In this document: positions 1 to 8,601 of the stretch, one piece after another
Position numbering within the stretch: position 1 is the stretch's first letter
Layout: each line of letters opens with the position of its first letter
Assembly: GCA_027623195.1 (NCBI GenBank)
Contig: JAQBUT010000016.1
Span: 1 to 64,000, forward strand
Length of the DNA: 64,000 nt
Source of the DNA: Chloroflexota bacterium
GTDB taxonomy: Bacteria > Chloroflexota > Dehalococcoidia > Lucifugimonadales > JADFKI01
Direction: 5' to 3'
Made by a program: the position numbers and the translations under genes
The notes under the pieces: model-generated
What the model was told of the DNA's origin: nothing
What the model saw: the letters and a program-made list of their open reading frames with translations, nothing else
The model's database searches: none

Positions 1-154
1 TTTCTGTCATTTTAGGAGCGGGACTCTCTCTTAGCTACCTGTCTAAAAAACCGATACCACCTCAGTATCCTGATCCGATGTCCACAGATTTTCTTTGCGT
101 CCGGAAGACGGCATTCAGGCCCTATATACAAAGTGGTTGGAGTTAATCAAAAGG

Positions 155-733
155 ATGAAATTCGTTTACAGAACAGCGATGGTGGCCAGCATCAGTCTCA
201 TTGCGATAGCTCTCGTGGCCTGCGGTGGCCAGGTCGCTCCGTCCGCTGCGCCTACGGAAGTCCCGGGGCCGCCTACGTTGGTGGCCACGGCGACGAACGC
301 TCCGCCTACGGAACTGCCGGCTTTGCCGACATCCACTTTAGTGCCGACGGCGACTGCGCAGCCAATGCCGATTATCACGGCCACACCATGGCCATCTCCG
401 GCCACGCCCGTTCCTCCAACCGAAACTCCGGTTCCGCAGACTTCGACTCCTGAACCGCAGTTGCAGGAAGTAAGCACCGATATTTCACGGTTTACATTCG
501 AAATTTTGGATGTACCGATAGGCACCACCGTAACGTGGACAAATCGGGATGGCGCGCCCCACACCACAACGTCCGGCAAGCCTCCCAATCACACTACAGG
601 CGTTTGGGCCAGCGGAACCCTTAACCTGGGCGACACGTTCTCCATTACCTTAGATACCGCTGGGGAATATTCGTATTTTTGTGAAATACACCCGGGCATG
701 ACCGCTAAAATTACGGTATCCGGAGGAGGCTAA
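155..733 (+). CDS. Cupredoxin (plastocyanin/amicyanin-like blue copper) lipoprotein with Pro/Thr-rich linker
   Basis: Signal peptide with lipobox LVAC, long P/T/A linker, C-terminal type-1 Cu ligands (PHT...YFCEIHPGM). Start moved to ATG 155. Confidence 0.85.
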   Translation: MKFVYRTAMVASISLIAIALVACGGQVAPSAAPTEVPGPPTLVATATNAPPTELPALPTSTLVPTATAQPMPIITATPWPSPATPVPPTETPVPQTSTPEPQLQEVSTDISRFTFEILDVPIGTTVTWTNRDGAPHTTTSGKPPNHTTGVWASGTLNLGDTFSITLDTAGEYSYFCEIHPGMTAKITVSGGG

Positions 734-793
734 AGAATCATATACGTTGATACGAGCACAACTATATAGGCTATTTCGAGCCTATTGGCTACC

Positions 794-823
794 TTGACAC
801 TATTTTTCTGGCTATGTTACGTT
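794..823 (+). promoter_or_regulatory. Putative sigma70 promoter of otsA
   Basis: TTGACA (794-799), 18 nt spacer, TG-extended TACGTT (818-823). Confidence 0.4.
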
Positions 824-964
824 CGAGCCGTATTATAGGTGACGTTATTCCAATGCCCTGGGGTGGTGGCATAGAGCATGTCTTCCTAATTGCTCAAGCC
901 GAGATTCCACTATGCACTTCGCAGGGCACGTAAGATAGATTATACGCGTGATGTCGGTGGAATT

Positions 965-2485
965 ATGGTAGAAGCAGATCTAGGTGACCCCCGCAAAAAT
1001 GAGTTAGTCCAGCTTTGTGAAAAGCTAGTGCAAGATCGGCGTCTGATAATTCTCAGCAACCGTGGGCCGGTGGAGCATCAGTTAGCCGCCAACGGGCAGA
1101 TGCATGGCCGTCGTGGGACCGGTGGGGTTGTCACCGCGCTTAACACCCTGACTAATAACATCGACTTTACATGGATCGCCAGCGCAATGGGGGAGGGTGA
1201 CCGCGCCATTACAGAGGCCTCGGAAGGCGCCAACATAAAGTCGCCAATACCGGGGCAGCGGCTGAGCCTCCGATACGTTGTCACTCCACGCCGGGTATAC
1301 CACAAGTTCTACAACGTGTTTTGCAACCCCCTCCTGTGGTTTCTTCAGCATTACATGTGGAGTTCACCATACACGCCTAACGTTGACGGCGCGGTTCACG
1401 ATGCATGGGAAAACGGCTACGTCCCTGTGAATAAGGCCTTCGCCGACTCTGTAATCGCAGAAGCGGAAGGAAGCGAAACAGCCCCGTATGTTGTCATACA
1501 TGACTACCACCTGTACCTCGTGCCTATGTACGTGCGGCAGGCGGTGCCTAATGCCACTATATGCCACTTCGTGCACATTCCTTGGCCTGCGCCAGCCTAC
1601 TGGTTGCTACTTCCGGCCTACATACGAAACTCCATATGCCGTGCCCTGTGTCAAAGCGACATAGTGGGTTTCCAGTGCTTACGAGACGCCCGGGCGTTTC
1701 TGCAAACATGCGAGGAATTTCTACCGGACGCTGTTGTGGATCACCAGGAGAAGACGATTGAACTGGATGGGCGCAAGGTCAACGTGCGCGTCTATCCCCT
1801 GTCCATCGACCCCTCGGAGCTTCGTAGAATTGCAGACTCCCCTCGCAGCTTGGATTATGAGAAGCGGCTGGAGCTTCTGTGTTTGGAAAACACTATCGTA
1901 AGGGTAGACAGGTTGGAACCCAGTAAAAACGTCGTCAGGGGTTTCCGCGCCTACGATCTGCTGCTGGAGCGTCATCCCGAACTGCACGAGAAGGTTACAT
2001 TCCTGGCCTTCCTTGCGCCTTCGCGGACGCGAGTGCGCCAATACCAGCGCTACGCCGAAGAGGTTGAGCAACACGTACAAAACGTGAACAACACCTATGG
2101 CACGGAAAACTGGACGCCCATACACACCTTTTATGAGAATAACTATACCCAGGCCATAGCTGGTCTGCGCCTATACGACGTCCTTTTGGTAAACCCGGTC
2201 ATCGATGGCATGAACCTGGTGGCCAAAGAGGGTCCTGTCGTTAACACCAAAGAGGGCATGATTGTATTGTCCGAGTCCGTTGGGGCTCACGATCAGCTTC
2301 AAGGCGGAGTGCTGTCTGTTTCGCCTACGGATATCGAAGGCACTATGCAGGCGATGCATAGCGCCATAGCCATGTCAACGGATGAGCGGAGTAGAAGGTT
2401 TTCCGACTTGACGGATGTGGTTGAGAAAGAGGATGTGACGTACTGGCTAAAGCTTCAGATTGAGGACATGCTGAACCTTAATTAA
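965..2485 (+). CDS. otsA: Trehalose-6-phosphate synthase (GT20)
   Basis: SNRGP, GGVV, HDYHL, HIPWP, RVDRLEPSKN and DGMNLVAKE motifs. Likely start ATG 965. Confidence 0.88.
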   Translation: MVEADLGDPRKNELVQLCEKLVQDRRLIILSNRGPVEHQLAANGQMHGRRGTGGVVTALNTLTNNIDFTWIASAMGEGDRAITEASEGANIKSPIPGQRLSLRYVVTPRRVYHKFYNVFCNPLLWFLQHYMWSSPYTPNVDGAVHDAWENGYVPVNKAFADSVIAEAEGSETAPYVVIHDYHLYLVPMYVRQAVPNATICHFVHIPWPAPAYWLLLPAYIRNSICRALCQSDIVGFQCLRDARAFLQTCEEFLPDAVVDHQEKTIELDGRKVNVRVYPLSIDPSELRRIADSPRSLDYEKRLELLCLENTIVRVDRLEPSKNVVRGFRAYDLLLERHPELHEKVTFLAFLAPSRTRVRQYQRYAEEVEQHVQNVNNTYGTENWTPIHTFYENNYTQAIAGLRLYDVLLVNPVIDGMNLVAKEGPVVNTKEGMIVLSESVGAHDQLQGGVLSVSPTDIEGTMQAMHSAIAMSTDERSRRFSDLTDVVEKEDVTYWLKLQIEDMLNLN

Positions 2486-3294
2486 GTCGTAGCCTTGTCA
2501 AGCATCTTCAGAAACTCCACGACCTCTGCCACTCCGCCCAGACTGTAGTCTGCGTTATCCGGTACACCTTGAGGGGTGCCGTCTTGGATGACCGCCACGG
2601 CGACGCCGTTTACCAGGCCACTACTGGTTAGCTTTTGCAAGGCCTTTAGGCCGTCGATGTCCGTAGTGTCGTCGCCCAGGAAGAATAGCGAATCAAGCTT
2701 ATGCTCATTCACTATCTTCTCAATGGCAAAGCCCTTGTTAGCGCTGTTCTTGGCGCGTATCTCCATCACCATGTTGCCAGATATCATTTCCATGGCCCGA
2801 ATCTCCGGCACCGTATCTACTGCCCTGAGAAGTGCCAAAAAAGCCTTTGGTTTATCTGGCGACATTCGGAAGTGAATGGCAAGGCTGAATTGCTTCACTT
2901 CCCACACCACTCCCGGTCCATCACCGATGGGCTTGAGTTGCTCTGCCAAGGCCTCGGGACTCATGGGAAGTTCTGTTGCCTGAGGCACTTGCGTCAGTTG
3001 TCCGTTGGAAAGGTATTCCACGCCATGGTTGCCTACGTAGAGCATGCCCTTCATGTCTACGAGGGTCTCTATGTCCCTGGCAGGCCGTCCCGACATTATC
3101 GCTGTCAGGCCGAGCTTGGATAACAGACTCCTCAATGGCGCAGCTACGTCGGGATGCAACACTGCCTCACTAGGCACCGGAACCAGCTCTGCAACAGTCC
3201 CGTCGAAATCCAGGACCAGCCCCAATTTATCGAGGTCGCATGCGCGAAGCCACGCGTCGGAATTGGCCAACAAATTAGGAGGATAGGCAGGCAT
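2482..3294 (-). CDS. otsB: Trehalose-6-phosphate phosphatase (HAD)
   Basis: LDFDGT, SGR, GNHG, NKG and GDDTTD motifs; adjacent to otsA. Confidence 0.88.
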   Translation of the reverse strand: MPAYPPNLLANSDAWLRACDLDKLGLVLDFDGTVAELVPVPSEAVLHPDVAAPLRSLLSKLGLTAIMSGRPARDIETLVDMKGMLYVGNHGVEYLSNGQLTQVPQATELPMSPEALAEQLKPIGDGPGVVWEVKQFSLAIHFRMSPDKPKAFLALLRAVDTVPEIRAMEMISGNMVMEIRAKNSANKGFAIEKIVNEHKLDSLFFLGDDTTDIDGLKALQKLTSSGLVNGVAVAVIQDGTPQGVPDNADYSLGGVAEVVEFLKMLDKATT

Positions 3295-3328
3295 TAATTA
3301 GCCTTTCGAAGATGGATAGATTGCGTGG

Positions 3329-4315
3329 TTAACGCCACTGAGAAAGAAGCGTTTCCACGGCGCGGCTGGCTAGCCCAGACGTTAATCTTATCTTGTAACC
3401 GTTGTGCTCCAGGGCTTTGGCGCGGTGAACCGCGGCCTCGCCTACCTCTTTGAGATCGACGTTACCTACGGCCTTGCCTACAAGAACGGACTCAGCGGCG
3501 GTAGCCCGCCATGGAATCGGGGCCACACCCCCAATTGTTACCCTGGCCGATGAGACGACGTCTCCCGCCAAGGTGAGGGCAACGGCAACGCTGGAAGTAG
3601 CGAAGTCCATGCCCTGGCGTTCCTTGGCCTTGAGGTAAATGCTTTTGGAGTTGGCAGGCAGGGCAGGTATGCTTACCGAGGTGACAATCTCGCCAGGAGT
3701 GAGAACATTCTCGGCCATGATGTTGACGTCCGGACCGGCAAAGAATTTTTCTACGGGCATAGTTCGGGTGCTGGCCGCCGAAGAGAGCGTTATCGAAGCG
3801 TCCAGGGATATGAGCGCCACGGCCAAGTCCGATGGGTGGACGATGACACAGTCTGATCCGCCCAGGATGGCGTGGTACTTGTTCTCTCCCAATGCGGCGA
3901 AGCAGGTGGTCCCGCCCTTCTTTCGGCACAGGAAGCTGATGCTTCGGTAATACCAGCAGCGTGGCCTCTGGCAAAGGTTTCCGCCCAGAGTGCCCACGTT
4001 CCGAATCTGTGGGGTCGCAACCGATTCGGCTGCCTGCGCCAGCGCAGCATAATCCCTAATGATGTCCGAGTGGGAAGCCAGCTCGGCGAGAGTTGTACCG
4101 GCCCCGATATCTAGGCCGGACGGCTTCACATTGATGCCCTGCATCTCCGTTAGGCTGACAAGATTAACAAGCTTGTCCGGCCTTACAACACCTTCTTTAA
4201 TCTCGTCGAGAAGGTCGGTTCCACCCGCGATCAGGTTTGTCGGAGTGCCGTTGGACTGGGCTAGCTGGGAGGCCTCCTGGACAGTGCTTGGATTAATAAC
4301 CTCAAGCGGCTTCAT
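3329..4315 (-). CDS. Xanthine dehydrogenase family FAD-binding subunit (YagS/PaoB type with [4Fe-4S] insert)
   Basis: AGGTDL, QIRNVGTLGGNLCQRPRCWYYR...C...C motifs. Confidence 0.9.
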   Translation of the reverse strand: MKPLEVINPSTVQEASQLAQSNGTPTNLIAGGTDLLDEIKEGVVRPDKLVNLVSLTEMQGINVKPSGLDIGAGTTLAELASHSDIIRDYAALAQAAESVATPQIRNVGTLGGNLCQRPRCWYYRSISFLCRKKGGTTCFAALGENKYHAILGGSDCVIVHPSDLAVALISLDASITLSSAASTRTMPVEKFFAGPDVNIMAENVLTPGEIVTSVSIPALPANSKSIYLKAKERQGMDFATSSVAVALTLAGDVVSSARVTIGGVAPIPWRATAAESVLVGKAVGNVDLKEVGEAAVHRAKALEHNGYKIRLTSGLASRAVETLLSQWR

Positions 4316-6576
4316 GCGCGGCCTTCCCGTTCTTTGCGATCTAGAGCGTCCAATATCTTGTCGGGAGTGGCCGGCAGATCGTGAATTCTTACGCCTATTG
4401 CGTCGTATATGGCATTGATGATTGCGGGGGCCACGCCGATATTTGGCGGTTCGCCCAGGGCCTTCATGCCGAAGGGCCCTACGGGGTCGTAAACGTCTGC
4501 AAAAATTACGTCGATGTTGGGGAACTCCTGAATGGTCGCGCCCTTGTGCTCGAGGAAACTGCCGTTGAGCGTTACCCCGCTGCCCGGGTCGGTGAGCATC
4601 TGTTCCGTGAGGGCAAAGCCCAGCATCTGCGAGACACCGCCTTCGACCTGGTTCGTTGCCAACTGCGGATTGATGACGTTACCCGAGTCGTGGGCTGCGA
4701 CGTAGTGGAGGACGTCGACGTTTCCTGTGACCGTGTCAACCTCCACCTCGGCAAAGTGCGCCCCAAAGGAGTTGACGATAAAGTCGGTGCTGCCAGGAGT
4801 AAGAGAGGCTTCGGTGCGGATTTGGCCAGTTATGGCTGCCACTTCCGCCAGCGTCATGGATGCGATCCCATCTTTGGCCTTCACGACGCCGTTTGCTATT
4901 TCAAGATTGTTCGCCGGCATGCCCATGCTTTCGGATGCAGCTGCCAGGATTTTCGACTTCAGTTCCTTTGTGGCGTTCAGCGCAGCTTGCCCCGTCGAGA
5001 AGGTTGCCGTTGAGCCGGACGTGATGGGGGCCTCAGGTGTAATATCTGAGTCACCGAACAAGACCTTGACGTCCTCGTAGGCCACGCCAAGCTCCTCAGC
5101 CACCATCTGCGGTATGGCGGTGGAGTTGCCCTCCCCTACATCCATGGTGCCTGCGGTGACCTGCAGCGTCCCGTCCGCATTCAATGTCATCCATGCGTTG
5201 GTGGGTGTGCCGGGGCCTCCTCGGTAGATGAACATGCCCATGCCAACGCCGCGTAGTCTGCTTCCCGACTGGTTGGCGTTTCGCTCGTGCCTGCCCTGCC
5301 AGTCGATGGCTTCTGACCCTAATTCCAGGCACTGCTGTAGGCCATTGGATGAGAAAGGCACTCCGCCTTCTACGGGCTGCGTGTCGATTATCTGGTCCGC
5401 TGGAGTGATGCGCTCACCTGGTTGACCCTCGGGACCCACGTGGTTCTTCAAGCGGAACTCCAGTGAGTCCATGCCCAAGGCTTCCGCCACCTTTTCCATT
5501 GTAGACTCCAGTGCGAAATGCCCCTGCGGAGCGCCCAGCGCACGATATGATCCCCCAGACGGCTGGTTCGTGTAGGTGAGGTATCCGTCGTACTGCACGT
5601 TGGCGCACCTGTACAGGTACAGCGCACCCTGTCCCGCCCTGCGCACCACTCCCGGACCCGAAGACAGGTATGCCCCGGTGTCCATGAGCGTGATGGTGTG
5701 AATGGCGGTGACAGTGCCGTCGTTCTTGACGCCTACCTTAACTGTTGTTTCGGTTGAGTGGCGCTTGCGGCCAGCGACAAACTCCTCTTCTCGCGTCAAC
5801 TCCAGCCTTACTGGCCTTCCGGCGCTTTTCGCCAGAGCGGACACTATAGCAGCAAGTCGAGTCTCGTCCTTGTTGCCGTATCCGGCACCCATCGTAGGCC
5901 CAATCACATGGACGTTTTCCTGGCCTATTTGCAGGGCGGACGCCAGACTTAGTTTATCAGCGTGAACGCCACGGCTGGACTTCCAAACAGTCAGCCTGTC
6001 GCCGTCCCAGGAGGCCACGGCTACGCGGGGTTCCAGAGCAGCACCAGCGTGGGCAGGTGTCGTAAATGACTCCTCAACAACGAGGTCGGCCTCCGCGAAG
6101 CCCTCCTCTATGTTGCCACGGCTCAAGATCAGTGGCTCGCCGCCTATGAGGTTGCCTCCGGAATGAATCGCAGTGGCGTAAGACTTTATGGCCTCCCTTG
6201 GGTCTGTAACAAAGGGCAGGACCTCGTACTCCACCTTGATTGATGCCAAGGCCTCTTGTGCAGCGTCCTCGCTGTCTGCGGCGACCGCGGCCACCTCATC
6301 TCCGACAAAGCGGACCGTCGTATCGAGAATCGCCAGGTCTGGCGCGACCCGGCCCGTTGGAGTGTTGAATGGAGTTAGAACAGCATGAACGCCCGTGAGA
6401 GCCTCTGCGGCGGACGCATCTATGGATAGTATCCGAGCGTGAGGGTGAGGGCTACGCAATACCTTGGCGTGCAGCATACCCGGAAGCTTTATATCGCCTG
6501 CGTACTTGGATTCGCCGGTTAATTTTTCAGGCAGGTCGTACCTTGGGACCGACTTGCCGACTACGTTATAGGCCAT
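4312..6576 (-). CDS. Xanthine dehydrogenase family molybdopterin-binding subunit
   Basis: RSPHPHARI, VRFVGDEVAAV, GAGYGNK, QVEGG and KALGEPP (catalytic Glu). Confidence 0.92.
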   Translation of the reverse strand: MAYNVVGKSVPRYDLPEKLTGESKYAGDIKLPGMLHAKVLRSPHPHARILSIDASAAEALTGVHAVLTPFNTPTGRVAPDLAILDTTVRFVGDEVAAVAADSEDAAQEALASIKVEYEVLPFVTDPREAIKSYATAIHSGGNLIGGEPLILSRGNIEEGFAEADLVVEESFTTPAHAGAALEPRVAVASWDGDRLTVWKSSRGVHADKLSLASALQIGQENVHVIGPTMGAGYGNKDETRLAAIVSALAKSAGRPVRLELTREEEFVAGRKRHSTETTVKVGVKNDGTVTAIHTITLMDTGAYLSSGPGVVRRAGQGALYLYRCANVQYDGYLTYTNQPSGGSYRALGAPQGHFALESTMEKVAEALGMDSLEFRLKNHVGPEGQPGERITPADQIIDTQPVEGGVPFSSNGLQQCLELGSEAIDWQGRHERNANQSGSRLRGVGMGMFIYRGGPGTPTNAWMTLNADGTLQVTAGTMDVGEGNSTAIPQMVAEELGVAYEDVKVLFGDSDITPEAPITSGSTATFSTGQAALNATKELKSKILAAASESMGMPANNLEIANGVVKAKDGIASMTLAEVAAITGQIRTEASLTPGSTDFIVNSFGAHFAEVEVDTVTGNVDVLHYVAAHDSGNVINPQLATNQVEGGVSQMLGFALTEQMLTDPGSGVTLNGSFLEHKGATIQEFPNIDVIFADVYDPVGPFGMKALGEPPNIGVAPAIINAIYDAIGVRIHDLPATPDKILDALDRKEREGRA

Positions 6577-6580
6577 GGAG

Positions 6581-7063
6581 CTAACCCTCCGCGATCAAGC
6601 GCGCCGCTTCTTTGACGGACTCGATGATGCGTCCGTAGGCGTTGCACCGGCAGAGGTTTCCAGCCAGACCATTGCGTATGTCCCACTCAGAGGGATTGGC
6701 ATTGGAGTCCAGCAAGGCTTTGGTGCTTAACAGAAATCCCGGCGTGCAGAAGCCACACTGGCCGCCATCCTTATCAAGGAAGGCCTGCTGGATTGGATTC
6801 AAATTAGATGAGTCGCCTAAGGACTCTATGGTGGTGACCTGCCTGTCGCCTACCTGCATGGCCAGCATCTGGCAGGAGCAGATGGGTTTGCCATCCAGGA
6901 GCACCGTGCATGCGCCGCATTCGCCACGGTCGCAGCCGCGTTTGGCCCCTGTCAGGCCTAACTCATCGCGCAGGACATGCAGCAGAGTCCACCTGTGGTC
7001 AATTTCTATGTCTAAGGGTGCCTGGTTAACGTTAAGAGTGACATGCGATCTGACTCCGACCAA
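6581..7063 (-). CDS. Xanthine dehydrogenase family 2x[2Fe-2S] subunit
   Basis: GCDRGECGACTV and QCGFCTPG...NLCRC. Confidence 0.92.
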   Translation of the reverse strand: MVGVRSHVTLNVNQAPLDIEIDHRWTLLHVLRDELGLTGAKRGCDRGECGACTVLLDGKPICSCQMLAMQVGDRQVTTIESLGDSSNLNPIQQAFLDKDGGQCGFCTPGFLLSTKALLDSNANPSEWDIRNGLAGNLCRCNAYGRIIESVKEAARLIAEG

Positions 7064-7072
7064 TATCGGACC

Positions 7073-7822
7073 TCACTGTGCTGTAATACCACCGTCGATG
7101 ACAAGTTCTGAACCCGTCATGTAAGAAGACTCGTCGGATGCGAGAAAGAGAACGCCGTAGGCAACGTCATCGACTGTGCCTACCTTGCCCAGAGGAATAC
7201 GCGATATCGAGGCCGCAAGCCCCTCAGGCGTACCTATATTACCCGCAATCATCTCGGTATCAATTGGACCGGGATGCACGGAGTTTGCTCGTATGCCATC
7301 CTTCGCTAGTTGGATGGCAGTGTTTTTGGTGAACAGGCGTACGCCGCCCTTGGAGGTCGAGTAGGCGCTTCCCCTGGCGCTACCTACCAGGCCGGCAGTA
7401 GAGGACAGATTGACGATCGAGCCGCCCCCAGCGTCGCGCATAGCCTGTATAGAGTGCTTTGTGCCGAGGAAGACCCCCTTGGTGTTGACCTCCATGATGC
7501 GGTCCCATTCGTCCTCTGAGGTCGCCTCTATGGGAGTGCGGCTGTAAATGCCGGCATTATTTATCAGAACATTCAGTTTGCCAAAGGTCTCAACAGCCTT
7601 GGAAACGGCGTTCTTCCAGTCGTCGGAGCTAGTAACGTTCAGCTTTACGAATAGCGCCTTGCCACCGGATTCGTTGATCTGCGCTTCTACCTGCCGACCT
7701 TCATTCTCAAGAAGATCACCAATCACCACGGCAGCGCCTTCCTTGGCGAACAGTATGGCTTCGGCAGCACCCTGGCCGCGCGCTCCACCACTGATGAGGG
7801 CTACTTTTCCGTCAAGTCTCAT
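7073..7822 (-). CDS. Short-chain dehydrogenase/reductase (3alpha,20beta-HSD/cyclopentanol dehydrogenase-like)
   Basis: SGGARGQG, NNAG, YSTSK, NSVHPG. Start at MRLDGK. Confidence 0.9.
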   Translation of the reverse strand: MRLDGKVALISGGARGQGAAEAILFAKEGAAVVIGDLLENEGRQVEAQINESGGKALFVKLNVTSSDDWKNAVSKAVETFGKLNVLINNAGIYSRTPIEATSEDEWDRIMEVNTKGVFLGTKHSIQAMRDAGGGSIVNLSSTAGLVGSARGSAYSTSKGGVRLFTKNTAIQLAKDGIRANSVHPGPIDTEMIAGNIGTPEGLAASISRIPLGKVGTVDDVAYGVLFLASDESSYMTGSELVIDGGITAQ

Positions 7823-8091
7823 GATTCCCCCGGACAAGTTAAATCTTTGCCGTCGTGATTCTAGCACTTATCGATGGGCAAGCAAAATAGCTTGTATTGA
7901 TCCCTGCCACCCAAATGCCATTTTTCTGCCTCTTATCCTTCGACAGGTTCAGTAAGGTTGGGACTTTAGCAGCAACGTTCGCAGTGAGCCACTCCAACCA
8001 TAGCTTCCTTAAAAACTAAGAATACTAATTCCGAGAAGGGCGTTGCAAAGATTGAATCTTAGGCGGAATTTGGCATTAGTATAAAAAAGAC

Positions 8092-8121
8092 TTGACGCGA
8101 ACAATCGTTCTGTTCTATTAT
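8092..8121 (+). promoter_or_regulatory. sigma70 promoter with LexA (Cheo/DinR-type) SOS box GAACAATCGTTC in the spacer
   Basis: TTGACG 8092-8097, GAAC-AATC-GTTC 8099-8110, TATTAT 8116-8121. Confidence 0.7.
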
Positions 8122-8158
8122 GTTCTAAAGATAAGAAATAAGACGTGAGGGCAAGGTC

Positions 8159-8446
8159 ATGCAAAAGGCAGTTAAAGCTAACAGGGCCGCGCAGATTGAA
8201 TTGCCGGGGATGCCAAGGCCCCGCCAAGCTACTACAGTCCTCTCATGCTGCGACTTGGTTCCAGGTCAGCAGGTGGTATATGTGGGCAAGATCATGGGTG
8301 GCCCACGATATGGCATTCGCGGTATCGTTACGCAGGCACTGCAACGCAAGGCTGTGGTGGATATGGGAAGGCACGGCACCTGGAACGTACCTTACTTCTT
8401 TCTCACCCTTCCTCAGGAAGACCTCGAACTGGCTCAGGCAGCGTAA
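8159..8446 (+). CDS. Small hypothetical protein, predicted SH3/KOW-like beta barrel
   Basis: 95-aa ORF directly behind the promoter. Pattern LVPGQQVVY..G.RGIV....RKAVVD...GTWNVP..FL. Confidence 0.65.
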   Translation: MQKAVKANRAAQIELPGMPRPRQATTVLSCCDLVPGQQVVYVGKIMGGPRYGIRGIVTQALQRKAVVDMGRHGTWNVPYFFLTLPQEDLELAQAA

Positions 8447-8601
8447 GTCGCTTTCGGGTTTCTGCCCAGAGTGCCCAAAGCTGGCCGCCCCGTATGTGGT
8501 TGAACGCGTCTGAGCGCTAGCACTACGCCCCATTTCCATTTTGAGACATAACCCGAATATCGATTTCAAATCTGTTTTAAATTCTACAGGAGGCCGCTGC
8601 A

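Noticed and set aside
240..460. Repetitive CCG/ACG-rich DNA
   Set aside because: Explained by the Pro/Thr linker coding sequence; not a DNA repeat array.
4312..6576. Aerobic CO dehydrogenase CoxL
   Set aside because: Lacks AYxCSFR (form I) and AYRGAGR (form II); reads SYRALG.
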